This document shows positions 27,707 to 37,395 of a stretch of DNA of 64,000 nt, piece after piece. Position 1 is the stretch's first letter. Every line of letters starts with the position of its first letter. Made by a program: the position numbers and the translations under genes. The DNA is from Nitrosopumilus sp. (lineage in GTDB: Archaea > Thermoproteota > Nitrososphaeria > Nitrososphaerales > Nitrosopumilaceae), in the NCBI GenBank assembly GCA_965206745.1, contig OZ242220.1:32001-96000 (forward strand), given 5' to 3'. Below the pieces are notes generated by a model. It saw nothing but the letters and a program-made list of their open reading frames with translations. It ran no database searches and was not told where the DNA came from.

Positions 27707-28744
27707 ATGAATCCAAAAATCGTACCAATTCACAGGAAAAAGTCTTTTGGAGAAGATGGAATGCTTTTTGTAAGGACAGATGGTATCATTGATACAATGA
27801 CCAAAGTACCTCTTTTAGTAGCAAGTGTACTCATTGTAGCAGCTATAATGCCAGCCCAGTCCTCATTCAGTTCTCCAAAAGTCCTAGATCTAATCATATA
27901 TCCGGACGGAACAACACATGTTTCAGCAGAGATTGATATGGATCCGCTAGCTACTGACTATGAACTTGAACTGTTTGGAAGCACAATTGATAATTTTGTC
28001 GCCGTAGGCGAAAATGAGTTTTTGCTCTCATCTGACGTCATTGGCGACTCTGCGCTGATTGAAACCTTTGGCTCATCTGTCATATCTGTAGAATATGACA
28101 TTCATGATTTAGTGTCCAAGCAGGGCAGAGTTTGGACGTTTTCTTTGGATACGCCTTCTGATTTTACACTACTTTTACCAAAAAATTCAGCAATAGTCGG
28201 CATGACAAATATCCCAATTAATATGGAAATAGCAAATGATCAAAACAGATTAACACTGTCTGGCGGCAATACTGAGATCGACTATCTTTTCAGTACGACA
28301 TCAGATCCGGTAATTCCGGCCAAGCCAGCCAATCAGCCGACTAGTACCATTGATCTAAATTACATGATCTATGCCATAGTTGCCGGAACCACAATAGCTG
28401 CCGTGGTTGGAATTGTGGCCATTGCCAAAACAAGGCAAAAAAACCAAAGATCTGCCAAAGAAAGCAAAGTTGTTCAAACCACTCCAGATGCCGAGACAGT
28501 CGACCCTGCTGCAATCTTCAAACTAAGACCTGATATTCGTGAAGATGATAAAGAGATAGTGAAGTTTATCTCTGAGAACGGGGGAAAAGTACTTGAGAGT
28601 GATTTGAGAAAAAAGTTTCTACAGCCACGAACTACCATGTGGCGTGCAGTCAAGAGATTAGAGCGTTATGGCATAATTGAAATTCAAAAGAAAGATATGC
28701 AGAATTTGGTAAAACTACGCAAGGACGTGGAGGAAGAGGAATGA
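27707..28744 (+). CDS. Membrane protein with extracellular domain and cytoplasmic wHTH
   Basis: Signal/TM, beta-rich domain, TM, then DDKEIVKFI..NGG...ESDLRKKF..PRTTMWRAVKRLE..G. Confidence 0.8.
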   Translation: MNPKIVPIHRKKSFGEDGMLFVRTDGIIDTMTKVPLLVASVLIVAAIMPAQSSFSSPKVLDLIIYPDGTTHVSAEIDMDPLATDYELELFGSTIDNFVAVGENEFLLSSDVIGDSALIETFGSSVISVEYDIHDLVSKQGRVWTFSLDTPSDFTLLLPKNSAIVGMTNIPINMEIANDQNRLTLSGGNTEIDYLFSTTSDPVIPAKPANQPTSTIDLNYMIYAIVAGTTIAAVVGIVAIAKTRQKNQRSAKESKVVQTTPDAETVDPAAIFKLRPDIREDDKEIVKFISENGGKVLESDLRKKFLQPRTTMWRAVKRLERYGIIEIQKKDMQNLVKLRKDVEEEE

Positions 28745-29562
28745 ACACATTAGCATTACTTGCAATATTTGTACTGGTTTCTGCAACCGCATCAACCTCA
28801 CTGGTTGACAGCGCATATGCTCAAAATGATCCATCCATTTTGCTACGCATTACCACGCAGGCAGACGAGCAAATTGTCAACCAATTAGAGAGGATTTATG
28901 GCGATTCCATCCCATCTGATATCCAAACCCTGTATCAGAACGGCCACATTGCAGTACAGTCATTGGAGGATTCACTGCCTGATGATGTGGATGGGGCACA
29001 GGAGAACTTCCTCATCGCAATGAAGACCTTTAAACAAATTACAAGAACGCTCTTATCCACACCGGAAGTAAGCGACACTCCTGCAGATGAGGATGACCGG
29101 GATCTTGAAAGCGAACTAGACAGGCTGGAAAAGTATTTTCAGAACATAAAGACAATATCTGAAAGGCATGACACGGGAATTGACCTGTCTTACATCGAGG
29201 GACTGTTTGTCCAAGCCCATGATCAGATAAACTTTGGTGAATTCGAGGTGGCCATTGAAACGATCGAGCAGCTAGAGTTGCTCATTGAGGCGATCAGGCA
29301 CGACATTAGCGAACATGAATCCCACTCAACATCTGATAGAAACAAGAATTTTGCCTTAAAACAGCTAGACAAAATCAAATATACGTTAGATGAGATTGAA
29401 TCCGTCGATCCTGGCATGCTCGAACTCGAGGAGGCAAATCATCTGGTTCAAGAAATTGAAATCCTGATCTCAGAGGACAATATTTCTGATGTAAAGAAGA
29501 GATTTACAGAATTGACCGAACTGGTAAAAATTATCGAGAGATCATCTAGTCATACATCATAA
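28741..29562 (+). CDS. Secreted acidic alpha-helical protein
   Basis: Signal peptide ending AYA; helical repeats. Confidence 0.7.
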   Translation: MNTLALLAIFVLVSATASTSLVDSAYAQNDPSILLRITTQADEQIVNQLERIYGDSIPSDIQTLYQNGHIAVQSLEDSLPDDVDGAQENFLIAMKTFKQITRTLLSTPEVSDTPADEDDRDLESELDRLEKYFQNIKTISERHDTGIDLSYIEGLFVQAHDQINFGEFEVAIETIEQLELLIEAIRHDISEHESHSTSDRNKNFALKQLDKIKYTLDEIESVDPGMLELEEANHLVQEIEILISEDNISDVKKRFTELTELVKIIERSSSHTS

Positions 29563-29594
29563 GCTTCATATACATTTTCCAGAGAATTTGGACA

Positions 29595-29789
29595 ATGGCA
29601 TCCAAAGCAATTACTGTCGGCGTCGGAATACCAATGATCGTTGTAGGCGCCCTGATGGCATGGCTGTGGGCTCCAGCTGAGGGGGATTTTCAAAACCAAG
29701 TGGAGCTGATAGGAAGCACAATTGGGATCCTAGGAGTGATATTCTTTATCTCGGGATTGTTTTATACAAAGGAACCCGTAATGCATTAG
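29595..29789 (+). CDS. Small two-TM membrane protein
   Basis: Two hydrophobic helices. Confidence 0.7.
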   Translation: MASKAITVGVGIPMIVVGALMAWLWAPAEGDFQNQVELIGSTIGILGVIFFISGLFYTKEPVMH

Positions 29790-29830
29790 AAACTCACTGA
29801 ATAAATAATGAAAAAAATTACAATTATTAC

Positions 29831-30544
29831 TTGAAAGTTAGATTATTTGAAGTATTTACTTCAGTTGAAGGTGAGGGAATTCTTTACGGGACCAAGACCC
29901 TCTTTGTGAGACTGGCAGGATGTCCCTTTACATGCTTTTACTGTGATACAAAAGAGTCACTGCCTCTTGATTCTGGGACTGAATATTCCATTGAGGATGC
30001 AAACTGCCTGATTGACTCTAGCTTGAAGAACCAAACTTACAAGGTAAATTTTACAGGCGGTGATCCCCTAATCCAGCATGAGGCAGTCGCACTACTTGCA
30101 AAACACATCCAGGACAAGAAGATCCCGACATACTTGGAATCCTCATGTTTTGATATTGATAGGTTTGATCATGTATTGCCGTTCATTGACATTGTCAAGA
30201 TTGAATTTAAAACAATAGATTCTGATTTTGTCGATACAAAGCACTATGAGAAGCTAATCGGCCACACAATGAAATGCCTCCAGTCCTCTGTCAAGTCAGG
30301 AAAGACAACTTACATCAAAGTCGTGGTCAGTTCAAAAACTGGACCGGATGAATTTGCAAAGCTGGTCCGTGAAATTTTTGATGTCATATCCAGAGACGAT
30401 ATTGACGGTTTCATCATTCAACCCACCTATGGAATTTCAGAGCCTTCGCTAGAACTCTTACTGGAACTATACGACCTGGTCTATCCCCACTACATTGATG
30501 TGAAGGTGGTTCCACAACTGCACAAATTTATCGGTGCCCCATAG
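29831..30544 (+). CDS. queE: 7-carboxy-7-deazaguanine synthase (radical SAM)
   Basis: EVFTSVEGEG, FVRLAGCPFTCFYCDT, FTGGDP, PQLHK. Confidence 0.92.
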   Translation: MKVRLFEVFTSVEGEGILYGTKTLFVRLAGCPFTCFYCDTKESLPLDSGTEYSIEDANCLIDSSLKNQTYKVNFTGGDPLIQHEAVALLAKHIQDKKIPTYLESSCFDIDRFDHVLPFIDIVKIEFKTIDSDFVDTKHYEKLIGHTMKCLQSSVKSGKTTYIKVVVSSKTGPDEFAKLVREIFDVISRDDIDGFIIQPTYGISEPSLELLLELYDLVYPHYIDVKVVPQLHKFIGAP

Positions 30545-30607
30545 TATTACTACCTGCCTGAAAATCAGACTAGGTTCAAATACTGGAAAAATTCCCTGTG
30601 AATATCA

Positions 30608-31165
30608 ATGGATCAAGAACGTGTAGAAAAGCTAGTCAGGGAACTAATCATCGAGGTCGGAGAGGATCCCACACGCGAGGGACTGCGCAAGACCCCTGAA
30701 AGGATTGCAAATATGTACAAAGAGATCTTTGGCGGATATGATTCAGATTCAGAACTGTCTGTTCAATTCTCAGAGGATTCTGATGTGGTAATTGCACGGG
30801 ACATTCAATTTTATTCAATGTGCGAGCATCACATGCTGCCATTTTACGGAAAAATTCACATTGCATATTCTCCAAACGGCAGGGTCTTTGGAATTTCAAA
30901 GCTTGTCAGATTGGTGGAAAAGTACTCAAAGAGACTCCAAATTCAGGAGCGGCTCACCAAGAACATCGCCGATGAACTGCACTCACAGGGAGTAAAGGGC
31001 GTCGTCGTTTTAGCTGATGCAGAGCACCTGTGCATGAAGATGCGCGGTGTCAAAAATGATGCAACGCTCTCCTCATCTGCATTTAGGGGAATCTATGAAA
31101 ACAAGGAGGAAAAAATAGGCGTGATGGCACTTCTTAGAAACGGCGCCTCAGACTTGTCCTTTTAG
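30608..31165 (+). CDS. folE: GTP cyclohydrolase I
   Basis: REGL..TPER, SMCEHHMLPF, GISKL.R, LQIQERLT, HLCM.MRG. Confidence 0.96.
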   Translation: MDQERVEKLVRELIIEVGEDPTREGLRKTPERIANMYKEIFGGYDSDSELSVQFSEDSDVVIARDIQFYSMCEHHMLPFYGKIHIAYSPNGRVFGISKLVRLVEKYSKRLQIQERLTKNIADELHSQGVKGVVVLADAEHLCMKMRGVKNDATLSSSAFRGIYENKEEKIGVMALLRNGASDLSF

Positions 31166-31196
31166 GCAATACTGAAAAATTAAATAATCAATATTT

Positions 31197-31466
31197 TTGA
31201 TCACAGACATGGGGGCAAATCCGTACGTTCACATTCCAAAAGAATCATGGCCAAACTGGACATGGTATGCAATTGAATGTATCATTGTAATTGCCGTCTC
31301 AATGCTGGCTTCAAGCAAAATTACAGACTCCATTGAAGGACTCGCCCCTGACGTACAAAACTATGTATTCATGGGAATCTTTGGCGTATTCTTTCTGCTC
31401 TGGTATGTCGGAATCAGAGGCCTGATTCTAAAAAAGAAGATTCTTAGGAACAGTTACCAGAATTAA
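31197..31466 (+). CDS. Small two-TM membrane protein
   Basis: Two TMs; likely start ATG 31209. Confidence 0.65.
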   Translation: MITDMGANPYVHIPKESWPNWTWYAIECIIVIAVSMLASSKITDSIEGLAPDVQNYVFMGIFGVFFLLWYVGIRGLILKKKILRNSYQN

Positions 31467-32137
31467 TCAAGATATCTTGTCTTATCTGCAATGCCAGCTT
31501 TTTCAAACGCAGTCTTCCTGTTGTTGCACGACTCGCAGACTCCGCAGTGATATTTCTTGTTTGAATAACAACTCCATGTTTTAAAGATGGAATTCCCCAG
31601 ATCCTTGATTCCTGATTTTAACAGATCACTTTTTGACAAGCCGACTACATATGGTGACCAGATCTCGATATTTTTTCGCAGTTTTGACTTGATGCCGTCA
31701 ATCTCACCCTGATTAAACGCATTTTCTAGCTTTTTTGCAAAATTCGGTCTGCAGTCAGGATAATGCCTGTCTCCGGTATGGGCCCCATATGCAACTAGGG
31801 ATGCATTCAGTGTAAAAGCCCACGCCGAGGCAATTGACAGAAACACTGCATTTCTAATTGGTACGACGATCGAGTACTCAAACTTGCCAGGAATCTCTCT
31901 TTTGGAGCTTGTTAAAACATTAGAGTCTCCGTACAGGCCTTTCATAAATCCGATGTCTACTATTTTGTGTTGCTTCAAGCCCAATCTCTTTGCAAAGGAT
32001 TTAGCCGCTGCAATCTCACCGCTTGCTTTTTGCCCATAGGAGAACGTAATACCGTACAACTCGTATTTTGATTTCAGGTATGAGACTGCACAAACAGAAT
32101 CCACCCCTCCACTAAAAACAATGACTGCCTTTTTCAT
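31463..32137 (-). CDS. queC: 7-cyano-7-deazaguanine synthase
   Basis: SGGVDS, YGQ, VPIRN, YPDCRP, TWSCY...CGVCESC. Confidence 0.95.
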   Translation of the reverse strand: MKKAVIVFSGGVDSVCAVSYLKSKYELYGITFSYGQKASGEIAAAKSFAKRLGLKQHKIVDIGFMKGLYGDSNVLTSSKREIPGKFEYSIVVPIRNAVFLSIASAWAFTLNASLVAYGAHTGDRHYPDCRPNFAKKLENAFNQGEIDGIKSKLRKNIEIWSPYVVGLSKSDLLKSGIKDLGNSIFKTWSCYSNKKYHCGVCESCNNRKTAFEKAGIADKTRYLD

Positions 32138-32155
32138 AATCCATCCCAGTCTCTT

Positions 32156-33070
32156 CTATCTGCTGGCACCCTTGCTTGGCTTGCATATTATGGTCTGACA
32201 TTTTGTATTTGCAGATGCAAACCCCTTGGCCATCGACGAGCTGATCTTTTTTAAATCTGCGGAACTTTCTGAGAATGCAATTACTGAGGGTCCTGCACCG
32301 CTAATGGTGACGCCTAATGCCCCTGCCCTGATGGCATTTTCCTTCACCTTGGCAAATCCCGGAATCATGTGTTGCCTGGCAGGTTCCACTATCACATCTT
32401 TGATCGAGTTTCCAATGATCTCCGGATCCTTCTTCATAAATCCTGCCACAATTGCAGCGGCATTTGATAAATTCAAGATACTGTCAGATAATTTGACCTT
32501 CTTTGGAATGACCCCTCTTGACACCTTTGTCTTCCTCTTTGGAACACTAATTGTCGGAACTGCCACACACATCCTTAGATTGGCAGGAGGGTCGACTCTA
32601 ATCACATTCAAAGGGTCTGTCTTTACAATTACAAACCCCCCCAGTACGGAGGCTGCAACGTTATCATAATGGATTGTACCTGCACTTGCCTCCTCTCCGG
32701 ATCCTGCAAATTCCACCAGGGAATTCCCATCCAACTTTAATCCAAACAGTCTGTCAAAGGCGACTGCGGCAGCTGATGCAGATGCCGCACTGCTTCCCAT
32801 CCCGTATCCTGCGGGGACTCCCTTCTTGATCTTGATTTCAACACCGCCCTTGATCTTGAATCTCTTCATCATGTTCTTCACCACCAATCCTGCAGTATTT
32901 TTTTCAGGATTTGTAGGAACATCGCCGTCTGTAATTATCTTCACACCGTCTTGTGTCTTGGCCAGCGTGACTGTATCATAAAATGCATCCAGAGCCAGTC
33001 CGAACACGTCAAATCCCGGGCCCAAATTTGCAGTTGATGAGGGTGCCCTGATGGTAACTTTTGATGCCAA
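32156..33070 (-). CDS. thrB: Homoserine kinase
   Basis: PSSTANLGPGFD, P.GYGMGSSAAS, HYDNV, ISGAGPS. Confidence 0.95.
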   Translation of the reverse strand: MASKVTIRAPSSTANLGPGFDVFGLALDAFYDTVTLAKTQDGVKIITDGDVPTNPEKNTAGLVVKNMMKRFKIKGGVEIKIKKGVPAGYGMGSSAASASAAAVAFDRLFGLKLDGNSLVEFAGSGEEASAGTIHYDNVAASVLGGFVIVKTDPLNVIRVDPPANLRMCVAVPTISVPKRKTKVSRGVIPKKVKLSDSILNLSNAAAIVAGFMKKDPEIIGNSIKDVIVEPARQHMIPGFAKVKENAIRAGALGVTISGAGPSVIAFSESSADLKKISSSMAKGFASANTKCQTIICKPSKGASR

Positions 33071-33829
33071 CTAATCTTCCACCTCCTCGCCCAAATTAAG
33101 AATTCTGCTCAATGCGCCCTCAAGATTTGCAAAACCATCGCCTGTGGCATTGGATATTGGAATTAATCCCTGGGCAAACCCTCCCAGATTCAATCCCCGC
33201 AAGATGTTTGTAGTCAGCGTGTAGGTGTCGCCATCTGCCTCACTGCCGATGGCATTCTCCAATGTCTTCAAATTTGTAGACCACTGCAAAATGTCCTTTA
33301 ACTTGTCGCCGATTAGATCTGTCTTTGTAAGTGCGTTGATTGTTGGCAGGTTCAAACGCAGTCTGATTGATGTTGCAAGTAACGCAATTGAGACAAAATT
33401 TACTGGGGTGTTGATCAACGCCCCATCAAAAAGGAATATGCTTGTTTTTTCATCTGATGTGATGTTTTCAATTATGAAACGCCCGCTAGAACGGTATGCA
33501 AACAGTTCAATTTGGCCCGGCGTATCGACGATAAGATAGTCTGGATTTACCTTGTTTACATCGTTTTGAATCTCGTCAATCTTTGATGCAATCAAATCAT
33601 TTGCCATGACCATTGCACCGTTTGGACCAAGATCATACTGCTGCATAATTGACACATAATCTACATAGTCCCTGACATCGACATCACACGTGTATGCCAG
33701 GTTCTCCACGCCGGGATCCAGATTCAATACTGTTGCAAATACCCCGTTGCCCGTATAATATTCCAAAAGCTTCGATGAGAGCAAGGATTTTCCAGAACCT
33801 GCCGTACCTGAAACAAAAATCGTCTTCAA
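33071..33829 (-). CDS. GPN-loop GTPase
   Basis: GTAGSGKS, NLDPG, LGPNGA, DTPGQIELF. Confidence 0.93.
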   Translation of the reverse strand: MKTIFVSGTAGSGKSLLSSKLLEYYTGNGVFATVLNLDPGVENLAYTCDVDVRDYVDYVSIMQQYDLGPNGAMVMANDLIASKIDEIQNDVNKVNPDYLIVDTPGQIELFAYRSSGRFIIENITSDEKTSIFLFDGALINTPVNFVSIALLATSIRLRLNLPTINALTKTDLIGDKLKDILQWSTNLKTLENAIGSEADGDTYTLTTNILRGLNLGGFAQGLIPISNATGDGFANLEGALSRILNLGEEVED

Positions 33830-34118
33830 TCCGTCTAGTTTTTATTATTTGCTTATATTTCAAACTAGCTTGGTTCTCATTGTTATCACTGAAAACACCG
33901 GGGATTGGTATCTCGGAAAGATTCCACCTGAAATCCTTGCCTGCCTCGATTGCATTCCGTCTGTGAACCAAAGAGTATTTGAAAGTAGGCCTGCCTTGCA
34001 TTAGGCCTTGCTGTTTGGGAAGACTAGGGGGTCGTGCTGCCGGAACCTCTAATCCTGCATGGCCCTCATGTCCTAGGCACCAATTTCTCCTGACTGGAAA
34101 TGTACTCAACTTTCATAT

Positions 34119-35159
34119 TTGATTCCCCAAAAAAACCATCAAATGAACTGGAGAATAATAGCCGTACCCATCACCCTAATTCCAATTCTCATCATCGCTA
34201 TTCAGTTCGATATTCAAATACAAGACGTTCTAGCCATCGGACTGCTTCCATTTGTCGGTGCAATTGCCGCAATGATGATAAAGCTGGTACTGCAGGGAGT
34301 CAAGTTTGCATATATTACAAAAAAATATCTTGGGAATTTTGATTCGTTCTTCAAACTCGTCGGCGTCAGGGTTGGCAGTGAATTTATCAAGTTTACAACG
34401 CCCATGTTTATTGGGGCCGAATTTGTCGTAATTTATTATCTGCACAAAAAAGGGGCAAAGCCTGCGACTGCGGCATGGATTGCAATCATGGATATTGTAA
34501 CTGAGGTATTTGCAGCCGGCCTGCTATCCATCATGGCAGGAGTCATTGCCTTGCTGAGCGGCGCATATGTTGTTGCAACGGTAATACTGACGACCAGTAT
34601 TATTATTACATCGCTGTGGATGGTAATGTTCTTTCTTTCATCCAAACACACATTCCAGGTTCCCAAGATACTTGAAAATCTTGCAGGGAGATTTGCAAAA
34701 GAAAAGGGCCTCAAGGCCATTGAGAAGACAAATGTCTGGATGGAGGATGTCTGTACGATGAGCAGGGAAAACCTAAAGACTTCCGAGTCCAAAAAAATAT
34801 TCACAGTCTCATTTTTGTTCTCACTTGCATCCTGGACGTTTTATGGAATCTCGTTTATGATTATTGCGATGGGAACCGGGTTTGTGATCAGTGCGTTTGA
34901 TTCCATCATGGCAGTAATGGGTGCAAATGCGATTGGAAACCTGCCAATTACCATAGGGGGCTCAGGCCTGGCAGAGTTTGGAATCATCGCCTACATCAAT
35001 AACTTGGATCCGTTTGCATTTGAAATTTCAGAGGGGGTCGTGGCCTGGGATGCGGTGATTGGGTGGAGGATTGCGACATATTACGTCCCGATTGTAATCA
35101 CGTGGCTGCTCCTGGTAAAGCTGGCCTTGAGCAAGATACCGAAATCACAGTCTTCATAG
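34119..35159 (+). CDS. Lysylphosphatidylglycerol-synthase-TM / flippase-like (UPF0104) membrane protein
   Basis: TP...GAE, LPITIGGSGLAE, WRIATYY; likely start 34143. Confidence 0.85.
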   Translation: MIPQKNHQMNWRIIAVPITLIPILIIAIQFDIQIQDVLAIGLLPFVGAIAAMMIKLVLQGVKFAYITKKYLGNFDSFFKLVGVRVGSEFIKFTTPMFIGAEFVVIYYLHKKGAKPATAAWIAIMDIVTEVFAAGLLSIMAGVIALLSGAYVVATVILTTSIIITSLWMVMFFLSSKHTFQVPKILENLAGRFAKEKGLKAIEKTNVWMEDVCTMSRENLKTSESKKIFTVSFLFSLASWTFYGISFMIIAMGTGFVISAFDSIMAVMGANAIGNLPITIGGSGLAEFGIIAYINNLDPFAFEISEGVVAWDAVIGWRIATYYVPIVITWLLLVKLALSKIPKSQSS

Positions 35160-35256
35160 AGGGGGACCTGTCATCTGAGAGTCCTGTCGGATAATCTCAC
35201 ATCTGGCAGTCTTTTTTTTAGTTAGAGATGGTTATTATTGGATTGTCTCCTCTCCA

Positions 35257-35862
35257 ATGATGACCTTGCCGTCTGATCTTCTAGCCGACAAACAGAGACT
35301 AGCCGAACTGCTAGTAGAGACCAAGGCATTTCAATATTCACCGGACAAACCATTCCAACTGGTGTCTGGGGCGACCAGTGAATACTATTTTGACCTGAAA
35401 CTGCTCAACGGACATCCGGAAGGAATCAATGCAGTTGCCAAGGTCTTTTATCACTTGATCAAAAAGTTTCCCGCCGTAAGGGCAGTTGGTGGTTTGGAAT
35501 CAGGCTCCATCTCGATTGCAACGGCAATATCGCAGCTAAGCTACTTTGAAAATCAAAAGGATCCGTCAAACCCTTTGATCGAGTCGTTCTTTGTCCGCAA
35601 GGCGGCAAAAAAACATGGAACTCGTAAACTAGTTGAGGGAAGAATCAGTTCCCCGGTGGTAATCATTGATGATGTGGTAACCAGTGGAATCTCTGCAATT
35701 GCCGCAATTCGTGCCGTACAGGGGGAATTTGACTGCAAGTCCCTGATGTCCGTTATCTTTAGAGGTTCGGACCAGCAGCGTGAAGCCATCGCGAGAGAGA
35801 TCCAATTGCAATACATCTTCCATCAGGATCAGTTCATTAAAGAATTCAAAGATCGGCTCTGA
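35257..35862 (+). CDS. pyrE: Orotate phosphoribosyltransferase-like type I PRTase
   Basis: F.LVSG..SEYYFD, VRK..KKHG...VEG, PRPP loop VVIIDDVVTSG. Whether it is the housekeeping copy cannot be determined from this window. Confidence 0.8.
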   Translation: MMTLPSDLLADKQRLAELLVETKAFQYSPDKPFQLVSGATSEYYFDLKLLNGHPEGINAVAKVFYHLIKKFPAVRAVGGLESGSISIATAISQLSYFENQKDPSNPLIESFFVRKAAKKHGTRKLVEGRISSPVVIIDDVVTSGISAIAAIRAVQGEFDCKSLMSVIFRGSDQQREAIAREIQLQYIFHQDQFIKEFKDRL

Positions 35863-35910
35863 AATTCCATGGGGATCCGTCTTAAATATATCATTGATCA
35901 TACAAATCAT

Positions 35911-36927
35911 ATGGCCATTTCAGTCAATTACAAAAATGGTAATCGTTATGGAACTTTTAAGATCAATGGCATTGAAGGAACTTTTCCAACCCAATCAATC
36001 ACTTCAACTAATCTGAATCATAGAGATGATTATTTTGATGACAAGCAATTCAATTTCAAAACAAATATTGTGGAGATAATAGAGCCTGACCCAGAAAAAC
36101 TGATAAATGATTCTGAATATAGGGAAAGTAGGTCCAAAATAATTTCCAAGATGATAGATGAAAATCCCAATTACTTGTTTCTTTTTACATTAAGAGGTGC
36201 AAGAGATAACAAATACAAAAGATCCGGACATGGAATTATTCATTTTAAATTTACAAAAGCTAATAACGAATCATTAATTAAATTTCAAAAAGAATGTGGA
36301 TTTCCACTAATCAAAGTATTTTTCAAGTTGGCTAAGGATATTGAAGACTCTGAATACTATAGAACCCTAATTCCAGAAGACAGATTTGTGGCCTCACTTG
36401 ATGAAAACATGTATCATGATTCATTTAGAACATTGTATCAAGAATGCATTGCCAAACAAGATCAAATAATTTCTTTTTTTGGCAGAGTTCCAAGTAAAAA
36501 CAAAAAACAAATCAACAATCAATCTAATTTTGCATTTCTAGTCGCACATCCAGATGATCAGATTCTTCGATTGGCTTCCTTTATCCAAAAATCAATTACC
36601 GGTGTCGTTTCGTCATTAGTTTACAACTATTTTGGTATTGATGCATACTCATTTTGGACTAGAGAAGGTCCTCAAAATACTCGTAATTATCAAATGAGAG
36701 CTTTGGATGGATTTCGCTATAAACTGTTGGAAAAAGATACGACATTAATTTGTCCTATTACAGAAAAAAATCTCTATGAATCAGCTATATATTTTAAGAA
36801 TAAATATAATAAATCATCCATACCCCTAGCAATTCATGACATTGTTAGATTAAATGAGCGGTTTGAAAAATTGCCGGAACGATACACGAGAGAAGAGATT
36901 CGAGAAATACTTGGAGACAGAATCTAA
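35911..36927 (+). CDS. Divergent tRNA-guanine transglycosylase (TGT)-fold protein
   Basis: N-terminal RYGTFKINGIEGTFP ~ R.G.l....g.ieTP; SLIKFQKECGFPLI ~ SMEIQ..LGSDI; FGIDAYS ~ GIDMFD; ICPIT..LAIHD ~ CxCxxC..L..HN. ATG 35911 has TTAAATA about 25 bp upstream. Low GC. Confidence 0.55.
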   Translation: MAISVNYKNGNRYGTFKINGIEGTFPTQSITSTNLNHRDDYFDDKQFNFKTNIVEIIEPDPEKLINDSEYRESRSKIISKMIDENPNYLFLFTLRGARDNKYKRSGHGIIHFKFTKANNESLIKFQKECGFPLIKVFFKLAKDIEDSEYYRTLIPEDRFVASLDENMYHDSFRTLYQECIAKQDQIISFFGRVPSKNKKQINNQSNFAFLVAHPDDQILRLASFIQKSITGVVSSLVYNYFGIDAYSFWTREGPQNTRNYQMRALDGFRYKLLEKDTTLICPITEKNLYESAIYFKNKYNKSSIPLAIHDIVRLNERFEKLPERYTREEIREILGDRI

Positions 36928-37163
36928 TCTTTCCTTATTGCATCAAGATATGTTTTGAAACCCATGTTTAACCGTGCTTGAAAAATTTTATCTATTCTTT
37001 CCCCTAGTACCTTTACAGTCGCTTTGTCAAAATGTTTGCATTCATACATGTGGCAATTACATTTTTTATTTTTTTCAAAGTAATCTCTGAAATTATCATA
37101 GTCGTCTTCGAACTTGTTAAATTCAGCTTGCCAATTTTTATATGATTGATCTGAGGATTTCAA
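36924..37163 (-). CDS. Small hypothetical protein with CxCx4CxH
   Basis: KKCNCHMYECKHF; low GC; 3' end overlaps the TGT-like gene by 4 nt. Confidence 0.5.
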   Translation of the reverse strand: MKSSDQSYKNWQAEFNKFEDDYDNFRDYFEKNKKCNCHMYECKHFDKATVKVLGERIDKIFQARLNMGFKTYLDAIRKD

Positions 37164-37395
37164 GATCCTCTTAAGATATTTTAGTTGGATCTAAGTGTTT
37201 AGATCAGTAATTATTGACAAAGAATAATCAATCTGCACTAATCTGGCACTATGTCCAAAAATGACAATGGCATGGAACAAACGATTCCACAAACCACCAC
37301 ATTGGAAAAAATTGCCCCAATCTGATGATTTTCTTGGTCATATGACAAAATACACGTATAGAAAGCACTTTATCTTTAATCGATTTTCTTGATTT

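Noticed and set aside
29831-32137. queE/folE/queC as a dpd DNA-modification or Qat defence island
   Set aside because: Host-like composition, embedded among core genes, with no dpdB-K or qat partners; most simply preQ0 supply for archaeosine.
33684-34109. 141-aa minus-strand ORF, or SRP/RNase P/cobalamin-riboswitch identity for this spacer
   Set aside because: The ORF overlaps the GTPase gene out of frame and has no recognisable motif; diagnostic RNA motifs are absent or only fragmentary.
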